Source of the DNA: Malacoraja senta
Taxonomy: Eukaryota
Direction of reading: 5' to 3'
Assembly (NCBI GenBank): GCA_038087875.1
Contig: CM075995.1
Location: 10,418,001 to 10,482,000 of the forward strand
DNA length: 64,000 nucleotides
Shown here: piece by piece, positions 38,701 to 53,700 of the stretch
How the letters are laid out: each line of letters starts with the position of its first letter
How positions within the stretch are numbered: the stretch's first letter is position 1
The notes under the pieces: model-generated
What the model saw: the letters and a program-made list of their open reading frames with translations, nothing else
Told to the model about the DNA's origin: nothing
Databases searched by the model: none
Made by a program: the position numbers and the translations under genes

Positions 38701-41700
38701 GCCGTGGTAACCCCACTATCCACGCAACGTGTCACCAGTACATCGGCACATGCCTGTGATAACATTTTACGCATGATGGAGACAGTGGAATCTCACGTTT
38801 AAATCCTCATCTTTTTCAGCTGTGGAATCGTTGATTCCGTTTCTGGGACGACGTTGACCTTCAATTGCGGTGGAATTGTTGGTCAATATGTGAACATCGT
38901 CATCCCAGGCCCGGATAGAATTTTAACCCTGTGCGAGGTTGAGATATTTGGTTCAGAACTCCCGCACTTACATGGAAAAGGTAGGCTGAACTTCCCACTG
39001 GTGCTCCGGTGGTTCACTGCCCCATAGCTTAGTTGAGCAATTCTCCTGCTGATGAAGTCTGTGTATAACTACCTAACTGAAACCCCGTACCGTCTCTGAC
39101 AACGATCTGCTATTTCCCATTGTTGGTTTACTCGCCAGTCGTGGACCATCGCCTTGTCCGAACCTGAGCCTGTCCTTTAATGAAAAATCAGAGAGTCGGT
39201 GCACACGCGGTCATCCATTTCGTCCGGAGACATTAGGCTGACACCAACAAAGTCAGACACCAACAAAATCACGCCAATTGAAACACGCTTGAAGCGCATC
39301 TCTCCGTTAACAGATTACTGCACGGTCCTCCCTAGAGTTGTAGAGCAATCACGATATTTTAACGTGCCTCAGCGCAGTTCTTGGACTTATTTTCTATAGC
39401 TTTCTAGATATAATACTATAACACCATGTGGTGCAATCTGTTGTTTCAATTCTACTTCACCATTACTGCATTCTCCCCATATCCCTTCAATCCGTCATCC
39501 CTGAGATTTATATGTAACTCTCTCTTAAATACATCTTGCCTTTCGGCTCAGTAGGACGTTTTCATCCCCACAGAAAACTTGGCGTTGGGAGCAAGTCCGA
39601 CCCAGTCCAGCACGGATGAAAGTGCAGCTGCTGAACGAGCCATTGACGGGAACAGCGATAGCGACTTCAGGCATGGTTCATGCGCGCGCACCAGGAAATC
39701 CAAGAACCCTTGGTGGAGAGTCGATCTAAATGATACCTACCTCATATCAGATGTGAGAATCACCAACAGAGCAGACTGCTGCTCGGACCAGCTCCAAGGA
39801 GCCGAGATTCGCATCGGGGACTCGCTGACGCACGATGGCAATTTCAACAGACTGTAAGTATTCATAAGCATTCGCCGTATCTATTCACCTGCGGTGTCTT
39901 CTACGAATTCCACTGCTACTGGAGCAATAATAACATGAGTGGGTAAAAAAGAGAGATGCTGCAGGTGGCGAATGGTTTCGCTGCGGGTTAAATAAAAAAA
40001 TGTCCTCCTCTGCTTCGGATGCGTGAGACAATGATACAGAGCCGTAGTCCACTAATCCAATGGCACGAGGTGCTGCATTATCGCTTTAGCGACGCGGGTT
40101 CATAAAAGGAGGTGCATAAATCTGTAATTGAAGTTAATTCAAGTTATGTAATTCTGAACCATCAGATTGCAGTGTCAATGTTCAATTAACCAATGCCAAT
40201 GAGTGTGGTTCATGTGGGCTCGATCCACTCAGCGCTATCTGTGTGTCCGAACGAACTGCAGATGCAGGTTTAAACCGAAGATATACACATAAACTGGAGA
40301 AACTAAGCGGGTTGGACAGGAACTATGGAGAAAAGGAATAGCTGACGTTTCGGGTCGAGACCGTCCTTCAGTGTGAAGAAGGGTCCCATCCCGAAACGTC
40401 ACCCATCCCTTTTTCTCCAGAAATGTTGCCTGACCCGCAAGGCCTCCTGTGTATCCGGAACCTTTCCTGTTCCTAGCCAACGGTTCGGAACACGAGCATA
40501 TGGATACGATTCCTGCTATTGCCGCGAGAGCCCCACATATCCGCAGAACGTGTCATCAGTACACCAGCACAGGCCTATGATAACATTTGACATGCTTCTT
40601 CATATGCGCGATCGAGACAGTGGAGTCTCTCCTTAAATCCCTCTTATTTTGTAGCTGTGGAACCGTTGATCCAGTTTCTTGGACGACATTGACCTTCTAT
40701 TGCGGTGGCATCGTCGGTCGATATGTGAACATCATCATCCCAGGCCCGGATAAAACTTTAACCCTGTGCGAGGTCGAGATATTTGGTTCAGAAGTCCCGT
40801 ACTTACATGGAAAAGGTAGGCTGAACTTCCCGAAGAGGCGCTGGTTTAACACAGCCGCACAACTTAGTGGAGCGATTCTCCCGCTGATAAAGTTTGAGGA
40901 TAACTTCCTTATTGAAGCCCAGTACCGTCTCTCCAAACGCTCTGTTCTTTGCTATTCGTAGTTTTGTCGCCGGTATTGGACCCGCGTTGTGTCCGAACAT
41001 GAGCCACAGTGCGTGTTCATGAAATCCCTGAGACACGCAGTGCACACGCTGTCATCCATTTCGTCCGGGGAACTTATGCTTATAAACACCAGCCACGCAC
41101 CAACAAAATACACACCTAATGAAGAGTATCACCCTCCTATTAGAGTCCAAACTTTAGTTGTACAATCCCAATATTTTAACGCCTCAGTGGGGTGCTTGGT
41201 CATATTTTCTGTAATCGTAAATCCATAACACTGCAACAACATACCATGAAATCTATTGATTTGTCTACTTTACCTGTTGCTCTAGTGTGCGGATTCATTG
41301 CCCTGATGTACAGTATGACTAGATTTGATAGTAGAGACGACAGAGTTCACTACATCTCACTTCACTTCGCCATATAAAGCAATGCAAATATCAATGAAAT
41401 ACACTGCTAATACAAACCTTGATAGGCCAACATCCATCGTTAATAAACCTCCCCCTTTCGCGTCAATGAAGCTTTTCAACCCAACAGAAAACGTGGCGTT
41501 GGGAGCAACGCCGAGCCAATCCAGCACGGATGAACAGGCAGTTTGTGAGCGAGCCAATGACGGTAATAGCGACAACGACTTCAGGCATGGTTCATGTGCG
41601 CGTACCAGTAAATCCAAGAACCCTTGGTGGAGAGTTGATCTAACGGAAAGCTACAACGTGTCAGACGTAAGGATCACCAACAGAGCAGACTGCTGCTCCG

Positions 41701-44700
41701 ACCAGCTCCAAGGAGCCGAGATCCGCATCGGGGACTCGCTGGAGAATTATGGCAATTCCAACAGACTGTAAGTATTCAGAAGCAATCACCGACTGCGGTG
41801 TCTTCTTGTGCAAATTCCATTGTTACAGGCGCAATGATAAAAATGAATGTGGAAAACAGATGCTGCAGGTTAAGAATGGTCTCACTGCAGTTGAAATAAA
41901 AATTGTGCTGCGCTGATCCAGATGCGAAAAATAAAAGCAAAACTATTTTCCAGTTAACATAGAAACATAAAAATAGGTGCAGGAGTAGGCCATTCGACCC
42001 TTCGAGCCTGCACCGCCATTCGATATGATCATGGCCGATCATCCAACTCAGTATCCCATCCCTGCCTTCTCTCCATACCCCCTGATCCCTTTAGCCACAA
42101 GGGCCACATCTAACTCCCTCTTAAATATAGCCAATGAACTGGCCTCAACTACCTTCTGTGGCAGAGGATTCCACAGATTCACCACTCTCTGTGTAAAAAA
42201 ATGATTTTCTCATCTCGGTCCTAAAAGACTTCCCTCTTATCCTTAAACTGTGACCTTTAGTTCTGGACTTCCCCAACATCGGGAATAATCTTCCTGCATC
42301 TAGCCTGTCCAACCCCTTAAGAATTTTGTAAGTTTGTATAAGATCCCCCCTCAATCTTCCAAATTCCAGCGTGTACAAGCCGAGTCTTAATTAGTGGCTG
42401 CTGCCGTACCACTATCGCGATTGGTTCATTAAAAAGGAGGTGCTTAAATCAGAAATTGATGTTAATTGAAGTCATGTAATACTGAATAATCGGATTGCAC
42501 TGGCAATGTTCACGTAACCAATGACTATGAGTGAGAATAATTGCAGGCTCGAACTATTCAGGGCTACCTATGTGAAGGAACGACCTGCAGATGCAGGTTT
42601 AAACCGAAGATAGACACAATAAGCTCAAGCAACTCAGCAGGTCGGACATCAAAAATGGAGAAAATGAATAGCAGACGTTTCGGGATGAGACCCTCCTCCA
42701 GTGTATTCAGTCTAAAGAAGGATTGTCGACCCAATACGTCACCTATTCCTTTTCTCCAGAGATGGTGTCTGACCCGCAAGGTCTTCTATGTACCCGGAAC
42801 CACTCCTGTTGCTCGCCATCTGTTCGGAACACGAGCAAGTTTATACGAAGCCGGCAATTGCCGTGGGAGCACCACACATTCGCGGAACGCGTCATCAGTA
42901 CACCAGCAGCGCCCTGCGATAGCCTTCCTCATTCGCATGATCGAGACAGTGGAGTCTCACCTTTAAAATCATCATCTTTTTCAGCTGTGGAATCGTTGAT
43001 GCGGATTTCGGGCCGAAATTGATCTTCAATTGCGGTGGATTTATCGGTCGATATGTGAACATCATCATCCCAGGCCCGGATAAAATCTTAACCCTGTGCG
43101 AGGTTGAGATATTTGGTTCAGAACTCCCGTACTTACATGGAAAAGGTAGGATGAACTTCCCGCTGAGGCTCTAGTTGTACACAGCCCCACAACTTAGCTA
43201 AGCGATTCTCCCGCTGATAAAGTCTGAGTATAAGTTCCCGATTGAAGCCCAGAACAGTCACTCGCAACGCTCTGGTCTTTGCCATTCGTAGTTTACTCGC
43301 TAGTCTTGGACTCTCGCTGTGTCCGAACACGAGCCTGTCTGTTCATAACATCCCTGAGACGGTCGGTACATTCGCCGTCAACCATTTCGTCGCAGACATT
43401 ATGCAGACAAACACCAGCCACGCTCCAAAAAATACACTTCTATCGAAGCACGCTTATAGAGTATCTTCCCGTTACCCGACTACATAGCGGTCCTCCCTTG
43501 AGTTGTAGTGCAATCCCGATTTTTATCCTACCTCATCGCGGTTCGCAGACTAATGTTGCCCAGCCCTATTGCTATAATACTATGACACCATGTTATGCAA
43601 TCTATTGTTTTCTTTCTACTTTACCTGTTGCTCTTGTGTGCGGCTTAATTGTACTGATGTGCAGTATGATTTGTTTGTATAGCACAAAGAAGTGTTTGCG
43701 TTGCATTGCACTTCACTTGACCACACTCAATGAGAACGAATATCAATGCAATACACTGTTGACCCTAACCCTGATAGCAGGCCGACATCCATTGGTATTA
43801 AATACCCCCGTTTCAGTCCAGTGGGATGTTTCTCGCCCAACAGAAAACGCGGCGTTGGGATATTTGTTTAGGAACTCCCGTCCTTACATGGAAAACTTAG
43901 ACTGAAGTATCCGCTGAGGCTCTGGTTGTTCACAGACCCACAGCTTAATTGAGAGAATCTCCCGTTGATAATGTTTGAGGATAATAACCTTACTGAAGCC
44001 AAGTACCCAACGCTCTGCGTTTTACCATTCTTAGTTTAATCGCCAGTCTTGGACCATCCCTTTGTCCAAGCATGAACCTGTCTACAAATGCATTGCCTGA
44101 GAGATACGGTGCACATGTGGACATCCATTCAGCCCGGAGACCTCATGCTGATAGGCACCCACCACGCACCAACGAAATGCACACCTAATGAAACTCGATT
44201 GAAGAGTATCACTCTGCTATCATACTATTGAACTGTGCTATCTTTGAACTGTACTATTGAACTGTGCTACCAATTGGTGTATGTGACAATACATGTCCTT
44301 TGTCCTTTGTCCTTTTGTCCTTTTGTCCTATGTTGAGTAGTAGCGCAAACTCAATCTTTTAACGCGTCAGTGCGGTGTATAAACGTAAATCCAAAACATT
44401 GTAACAACATACCATGAAATCTATTGATTCTTCAACTTTACCTGGTGCTCTTGTCTGCGGCTTCATGGCACTGATGTACAGTATGATTTGATTCGATAGT
44501 AGAGACGATGGAATTCACTACATATCGCTTCACTTGATCATCGTATTCAATACGAATATCAATGAGATATCCTGCTATTCCATACCGGGTTATTACCGAA
44601 GGACTACATCCGTCGGTAATAAATCTCACCCCTTCGGCTCAGTGAGGTGTTTCCTACCCTACAGAAAACGTGGCGCTGGAATCAAGGCCGACTCAGTCCA

Positions 44701-47700
44701 GCACGTATCCAGGGGCAGGTGCTGAGAACGCCAACGACGGTAACAGCGACAGCGACTTCAGGCATGGTTCATGTGCGCGCACAAATAAATCCAAGAACCC
44801 TTGGTGGAGAGTCGATCTAAAGGAAAGGTACAACATGTCAGATGTAAGAATCACCAACAGAGCAGACTGCTGCTCGGACCACCTCGAAGGTGCCGAGATC
44901 CGCATCGGGGATTCGCTGGAGAACGATGGCAATTTCAACAGACTGTAAGTATTCAGAAACAATCGCCGACTCTACTTACCTGTGGTGTCTTCTTCTGCAA
45001 ATTCCACTGTCATTGCATTGATAAAATGATCTCACTGCAGAAAAAACTAAAATTGCCCTGCGCTCATCCTGATGCGAGGGATAATTATACAGAGCCGTTG
45101 TCCACTTATCCAGTGGCATGACTTGCTGACGTACATCTATAGCAATGGCTTCAACAAAACGATATGTATGAGGCAACAATTAATTTATTTCGAATTGAGG
45201 GTCTGTCCCACTTGGCCATCATTTACGCGACAGTCCGATAGTAAGTGACGCGCGACAGTCGCGCGATGGTCGCGCGACGGTCTCGCGCATCATCACGCGC
45301 CTTCAAATATTGTATCTGCTCTGCAGAATATAAAGCAGGATAGTAAAAGCTTCTTTAGGTATGTGAAGAGGAAAAAATTAGTTAAGACCAAAGTTGGACC
45401 CTTGAGGGTGAATTTATTATGGGGAAGTAGGAAATGGCAGATGAGTTGAACAGGTACTTTGGATCTGTCGTCACTAAGGAGGACACAAACAATCTTCCTG
45501 ATATAGTAGTGGCCAGATGATCTGGAGTGACGAAGGAAATGAATGAAATCCACATTAGGCAGGAAATGGTGTTGTATAGACTGATGACCCAGAAGGCTGA
45601 TCCACAGGAGCTGATGGTCTACATCCCAGGGTACTTAAGAAAGTGGCTCTAGAAATCGTGGATGCATTGGTGATAACTTTTCAATGTTCTATAGACTCAG
45701 GATCAGTTCCTGTGGATTGGAGTGTAGCTAATGTTATCCCACTTTTCAAGAAAGGCGGGAGAGAGAAAACAGGGAATTATAGACCAGTTAGCCTGACATC
45801 GGTGGTGGGGAAGATGCTGGAGTCAATTATAAAAGTTGAGATAGCCGAACATTTGGATAGCAGTAACAGGATCGGTCCGAGCCAGCATGGATTTATGAAG
45901 GGGAAATCATGCTTGACTAATCTTCTGGAATTTTTTGAAGTTGTAACTAGGAAAAGAGAGAAAGAAGTGCAAGTGGATGTACTGTACCTGGCCTTTCAGA
46001 AAACATTTGATAAGGTCCCACATAGGAGATTAGTGGGCAAAATTAGGGCACATGGTATTGGGGGTAGAGTGCTGACATGGATAGAGAAGTGGTTGGCAGA
46101 CAGGAAACAAAGAATAGGGATTAACGGTTCCATATTCAGGTAACCAATGCCTATTATTAAGCATCATGCAGGCTCGATCCACTCAGGGCTCCCTGTGAAC
46201 GAACTGCAGATGAAGGTTTCAACCGAAGATAGACACAAAAAGGTGGCGTAACTCAGCCGATCGGAGAGTAACACTGTAGAAAAGGAATGGTTCATATAGA
46301 GCTATAGCATTGTTAAACACAGATCAAAAAATATTAGCGAAAACATTGGCTAGAAGATTAAGTAAATACATTAGTAAATTAATAAACCCAGATCAGACAG
46401 GGTTTATCCCTAAGAGATACTCTTCTAATAATATGAGACGTCTACTCAACATAATGCACTCACACAAATCTGAAGATCAAGAATTATCAATTATTTCGCT
46501 GGATGCTGAAAAAGCATTTGATCAAGTAGAATGGAATTATATGGACAAAGTATTACAAAAATTTCAACTGGGAGAGAATTTTATTTTATGGATTAAGTTA
46601 CTATATAACAAACCTACAGCTAGAATACTAACTAATAACATATTATCCTCGAAATTTCAACTATCAAGGGGAAATAGACAAGGATGCTCATTATCACCAC
46701 AGCTGTTTGCTCTCATTATTGAACCGCTAGCAGAAAAAATTAGAATACACCCTGATATTCATGGATATAATACTAAAGACTCATATAATAAAATATCTTT
46801 ATACGCGGATGATATATTACTGTATATTACAAAACCTCAAATCACTATACCAAATATATTAAATTTAATTGAAGACTTTGGATCTTTTTCTGGATATAGA
46901 ATAAATTGGAATAAAAGTGAAATTATGTCAATAAAACCGAAAGATTCAACACATCTTTTAAAATTCCCTTTTAAAATAGCTACAGAAAAATTTAAATATT
47001 TGGGAATCGAAATTACCAGAACATATCAAGGTATGTTCAGGGCAAATTTTGACCCCCTACTTAATAAATTAAATACACTAATTAAATTCTGGAAAACGCT
47101 CCCGATGTCTTTAATAGGCCGAATAAACGCAATAAAAATGATCTTTTTACCACAAATTTTATACCATTTCAATCAATTCCTATATACTTACCTAAGAAGT
47201 TTTTTAAAAAACTCGACTCAGATATCACTAATTTTATATGGGACTATAAATCACATAGAATACAAAAAACTCATCTGAATAAACCTAAAGTATTGGGGGG
47301 TTTAGCACTACCTAATTTTATGTATTATTATTGGTCAGTAAATATTAAAAACATGATTCAACTGATGGATAACTCCGCCCAGCAAGTAGACTGGATTGTA
47401 ATGGAGAAAGAGGATTGCTCCTCTAGAAACATTGGAGCGATCCTCCTCTCTCCAATGAAACTGAATAACATAAATTATAATAAGAACCCAATTATTCATA
47501 GTATAATCCGTATTTGGAAACAAATAAAACAAAATTTAAAATTAAGAAATTTATCACTTTTATTACCTATAGTCAATAACCCTTCGTTTAGTCCTGCTAT
47601 TATAGATAAAGCTTATACACAATGGGTAGACTAGGAATTAAAACGCTTGGTGACTTGTATGAAACTGGAAAATTACTTTCATTTCAACAATTACAAATAA

Positions 47701-50700
47701 AATATAAACGCGGAAATAATCAATATTTTAAATATTTTCAAATATGCGACTATTTGAAAAAATATACAAAAGATCATTATAATAACCCAGTAGATGTATT
47801 GGACGAGGCAATGCAGATAAAAGCGGAATCAGCAAACTTAATATCATATTTGTATAATATTATTTTAAATGTACAAATACCACCTACGGAGGGTATCAGA
47901 AGAGACTGGGAACAAGAGTTAGCTATTAAAATTTCAAAGGAAAGTTGGAATGAATACTTATTAAACGTGCATAAATGCTCGATTAATGTAAGACACACTT
48001 TAATACAATTTAAAATTTTACATAGATTATATTATTCGAAAACTAAAATTCATAAAATTTTCCCAAATGTATCATCTATTTGTGATAAATGTCAATCCCA
48101 AGAAGCTGCTATAGCGCACTCATTCGTCTTCTGTACAAAAATTCAAAAATTTTGGAATGAAAGTTTTGAAATCTTTACAAAGTTATTTAAAACAAGACTG
48201 ATACCCAAAGCAGAATGGATTATCTTCGGAATAACGGAAGATGATCCAGAACTAAATGTGTTTCAAAAGAAATTAATGGACTATGGGTTAATAACTGGAA
48301 AAAAGCTAATTCTAAAATTTTGGAAGAAGGCTCCAATACCAACTATAAATATGTGGATTTCAAATATGTTTGAAACATTACACCTAGAAGAGATACGACT
48401 CCTCCTAGCAGGTAAACCAGATCACTTCCACCTGACGTGGTCTGCATTTATAGAATTATTACAAACATAGGGTGCAAAAGTACTTTAAAAAAAATAAAAA
48501 ATTGAGGTCAGGTAAGGGGGGATGATAGTTGAAGGGTTGGTATGTCCTATTTACGTAATGCTCAAAAAAATATATTTTTTTCTTTTTTTTTCCCTCTCTC
48601 TCTTTCTCTTTTTTTTCCTAGGGCCTATTTCTTAACTCTTTTTCTTTTGTTTTTAATTTCGCTCTTATAGGGTCTTCGTCCTTTTTTGTTGTTACATTTT
48701 CTACACTTTTCTACACTTTCACTTTTTCCTTCACTTTCTTCTTTCTTTCAATCTTTTCCTTTTCTAGTGTAAAAAAATAAATAAAGGGAGTACATTAATT
48801 GTAAGAAGATATAAATGACGAGTATTAATGTATGTGGTTGTAATGTAATGTACTTCTAATAAATAAAAATTAAAAAAAATTAAAATAAAAAAAAAGAAAA
48901 GGAATAGCAGACGTTTCGGGTCGAGACCCTCCTTCAGCGTATCAGTCTCCAGGGACGATGTCTGACCCGCAAGGCTACTTATCTATCCGCAACCTCCGCT
49001 GTTCTGAACAGGAGCAAGAGGATACGATGCCGTCAATTGCCGCGGGAGCACCACATATCCCTGGAATGTTTCATCAGTGCACCACCACCGGCCTACTATA
49101 ACTTTTGATACGCTTCCTCTTACGCACGATCGAGACAATGGCATCTTACCTTTACATACTCATCTTTTTTAGCTGTGGGGTCGTTGATTCTGTTTCTGGG
49201 AAGACATTGACTTTCAATTGCGGTGGATTTGTCGGTCGATATGTGAACATCATCATCCCAGGCCCGGATCAAATCTTAACCCTGTGCGAGGTTGAGATAT
49301 TTGGTTCAAAACTTCCTGCTACTCATATCCCGTTAGAACAGGACACGACACCCCCGTCCGCACCTGAAACGGAAGAGCAAACTCCCGTCCATATCCCGTC
49401 CGTAAAGGGAACGGAACACCCGCCAATATCTGGAAACAAACTCCCGTTCATACCTGGAACGAAAATCCCGCCAACAACCGGAAAGAAGGTTTCGTCTGTA
49501 TCTGGAGCTATTCTCCGGCCCGTACCTGGAACAAATCTACCATCTGCAACTGAAACAGGTAGGCTCAACGCCCCGCTAAGGCTGTGATTGTAGACACTGA
49601 GGCATTCTCAGACATGCAATCTCTCACTGATACTATTTCTGATGGAGGGAATCACGTTAGCCCGAGATTCACTACCCTCTGGCTAAAACAAATCCTCCTC
49701 ATCTCCTTCCTAATGGTATGTCCTTTTATTCTAAATATGTGCCCTTTGGTCCTAGACTCTCCCACTACTGCCAACTTGCTCCCTACATTCACACTATCCA
49801 GGTATTCACACTATCTCCATATGTTAACGTAATCATCCCACCGATCACTCTCGTAATCCTGCCCTTGACCCTCCACAATGCCAGCACAGCTCAGATATGG
49901 GGCCTAAAACAGTTCACAATATTCCAAATGCGCTCTGCACACTGTCTTATAAAGCCTCCACATTTGACCCCTGCTTTAATATTCTAGCTCTCTGGATATA
50001 AATGCTAACATTGAATTTGCCTTCAATTGCGATGGAATTGGTGGTCCATATGTGAACATCTTCTTGCCGGGACAGGATAAAATCTTAACCCTGTGCGAGG
50101 TTGAGGTCTTTACTTCAAAACGTCCTTCTATCCATTTCCCATTAGAACAAGGCACGGCAGCCCCGTCCGCACTTGAAACGAAAACGCACACTCCCGTCCA
50201 AATCCCGTCCGTAAAGGGAACGAAACTCCCGCCAATATCTGGAACGAAAATCCCGTCCGTAAAGGAAACGACGCCCCAGTCCGCAGAGGGAACGGTGCCC
50301 CAATCCGTAAAGGGAACGAAAAAACCGTCCATACCTGGAGCGAATATCCCGCCAACCACCGTAACGACACTTTCGTTCGTAACTGGAACAAATCTACCAT
50401 CTGGAGCTGGAACAGGTAGGCCCAATGCCCCGCTAAGGCTGTGGTTGTAGACATTGAGAAATTCTCAGCCACGAAATATCTCACTGATACTGTTTCTGGA
50501 CTGATGGACTCATGTTAGCCCGAGTTTTCCTAACATCTGGTTAAAACAAATCCTCATCATCTCCTTCCGAATAGTATGTCCTTTTATTCTGTGCCCTCTG
50601 ATCCTGGATTCTCACACTACTGGAAACGTGCTCCCCACATTCACACTATCCAGGCCTTCCACTGTACGATGTTTCAATGTGATACCCAATGATCCACCAC

Positions 50701-53700
50701 TACTCCAGCGAATATAGGGTACGGAAAAGTCAACAGATCTCCATATGGTATACCAATCATCCCTGGGATCAGTCTGGTAATCCTCCCCTGGACCCTCTAC
50801 AATGCCAGTACATCCCTCCTCAGATATGGGGACCAAAACAGTTCACAATATCCCAACCGCGCTCTGCCCAGTGCCTTATAAAGCCTCAGCATTTGACCCC
50901 TGCTTTTATATTCTAGCTCTCTGGATATAAATCCTAACAATGAATTTGCATTCCTTAATACTGGTTCAACTTGCAAATTAACCCTTTGGGAATCCAGCAC
51001 CAGCACTCCCAAATCCATTTGCACCTCTGATTTCTGAATCTCTCCCACATTGAAAAACACTCTGCCCTTTTATTTATTTTTCCAAATTGCATGATCACTC
51101 AATTTGTTATGATGTCTTCCATCTGCGACTTATCTGCCTCTCTCCCAACCCGTCCAGGTCATTCTACAGACTCGCTGCTTCCTCTGCATGACCTGGCCCT
51201 CTAGTTATCTTTGTATTATCCGCAACATTAAGTTTGGGTAAAACTTAATATCCAAACAAAGGCATTAATTCCATCATTCAAATCATTGATATACCACGTG
51301 CAAAGTGACGGACCCAACACAAAACCCTGTGAACACCGCCACTCACTGGCAACCAACCAGAAAAAAAACATTATTCCCACTCTTTGCCTTCAATACAGCC
51401 AACGTGCTATCCATGCTGGTATCTTCCCTCTAATTCAAAGGGATCTCTCCGTTACCCGACGACAGAACGGTCCTCCCTTGAGTTGTAGTGCAATCTCGAT
51501 ATTTTAACCTGCCTCAGCGCGGTTCTCAGACTAATGTTCTCTAGCCCTATTGCTATGATACTATAACACCACATTATACAATTTATTGTTTTATTTCTAC
51601 TTTACCTGTTGCTCTTGTGTGCGCCTTCATTGCACTGATGCACATTACGAATTGATTGTATTGTACAAAGAAGTGTTTACACTGCATCTCGTTTCACTTG
51701 ACCACACTAAAGCAGAACGAATATCAATGAAACACACTGATGACCCAAACCCTGAAGGCAGGACAACATCCATTGGTATTAAATCTCCCCCTTTCGGCTC
51801 ATGTGAGGTGTTTCCCACCCAACAGAAAACGTGGCGTTGGGAAGAAGTTCGACCCAGTCCAGCATGGATCCACGGGCGGGTGCTGAGCGAGCCAATGACG
51901 GGAACAGCGACAGCGACTTCAGGCATGGTTCATGCGCGCGCACCATTAAATCGAAGAACCCTTGGTGGAGAGTCGATCTAAAGGAAAGCTACAACGTGTC
52001 TGATGTAAGAATCACCAACAGAGCAGACTGCTGTTCGGAGCAGCTCCAAGGAGCAGAGATCCGCATCGGGGACTCGCTGGAGAACAATGGCAATATCAAC
52101 AGACTGTAAGTATACATAAGCGATCGCCGAATCTATTCACCTGTGGTGGCTTATTCTGCAAATGCCACTGTTACTGGAGCAATGATCACATGAGTGGGTG
52201 AAAGAGAGAGATGCTGCGGGGTACGTATGATTTCATTGCAGATAAAATTAAATTTTTGCTCCACCGCTCAAGATGCGTAACAGAACGTTACAGAGCCGTT
52301 GTCCTCTTATCCAAATGCATGAGTTGCTGCATTATCGCTTTTGCGATGGGGTCAATAAAAGGAGGTCAATAAATCTGTAATTGAATTCAAGTACTATAAT
52401 ATTTAAAAATCGAATTACAGTGGCAATGTTCAAGTCACCAATGCCTATGAGTGAGAGATCATCGAGTCTCTATCCAGTCAATGATCCCTATGTATCGGAA
52501 GGAATTGGAGATACTGGTTTAAACCGAAGAAACCGAACACAACAATCTGGAGTTAAAGCTCTGTCCCACGGGTTTGCGGTCGTTGGCGGTGAAGCGCGGC
52601 GTCGCCGGAAGAGGGGATCGCACGGCAACCACGAGAGCGCCGCGATTTCGGTTGATGACGTCTTTCGAATCGAGGGGCTGTGGCGGCGGCCGGGCCGCAC
52701 ACGTACCTCATTGGCGGAGGCTGTGGCGGTGCAGGTTCGACTCACGGCGCTCGTGCCTCACTGGCGGCGGCTGTGGCGGCGGCCGTGCCGCACTCGTGCC
52801 TCACTGGCGGCGGCTGTGCGGCAGGAACATATTTTTGGACAGTGTTGTTTTTTTTTAGCACCGTGAGGTGTTGGGAACAACGCCGCACGGCCCCGGAATT
52901 GTACGTTTGACCGAGCCCGCGGTCTATGGCGGCCCAGGAGGGGTAGATAGTTCCTGTTTCGCCGCCAATGACCGCAGACTCGTGAGACAGGCCTTTAAAC
53001 TCAACGGGTCAGACACCAATGCTGGAGAAAATAAATAGGTGACGTTTCGTGTCAAGACCTTCCTTCTGATTGAACTGAGTCTGAAAAATGGTCTCGATAC
53101 GAAACGTCACATACTATTTTTCGCCAAAGATGTTGTCAGAGCCGCAAGGCAACCTATGTATCCGGATCTGCTTCTGCTCCGAGCCATTTGTTCGGAACAC
53201 GAGCAAGTGGATACGATGCCGGAGGTTACGTGGGAGCCCCACATTTCCCCGGGACCTGCCACCAGTTCGCTCTCACAGGCCTGGAATAAACTTTAGCACG
53301 CTGCCTTGCCGCATTATTGTGAGATTGACGTCTCACCTTTAAATCCTCATAATTTCAGCTGTGGAATCTTTGATTCAGTTTCGGGGTCTTCAATTGTGGA
53401 GGATCTGTCGGTCGATATGTGAACGTCATCATCACAGGCCCGGATAAAATTTTGACCCGGTGCGAGGTTGAGAATTCCACAAGTTCACAACTCTCTGGGT
53501 GAAAAAGTGTTTCCTCATCTCTAAATGGCCTAATTCTTATACTGTAGCCCCTGGTTCTGGACTCCCCCAACATCGAGAACATGTTTCCTGCATCTAACGT
53601 GACCAATCCCTTAAAAATGTAATATGTTTCGATGAGATAACCTCTCATCCTTCTAAATTTCAGTGAGTACAAGCCCAGTCGCTCCATTCTTTCAGCATAT

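Noticed and set aside
43279..43905. 208-aa ORF (also 61214-61840)
   Set aside because: It runs through B-A intron sequence that is closed in paralogous introns, starts at TTG and has no recognisable domain.
44220..44328. Short tandem repeats (tactattgaactgtgcta; tgtcctt)
   Set aside because: Looks like an ordinary LINE 3'-tail remnant with microsatellite; nothing further supportable.
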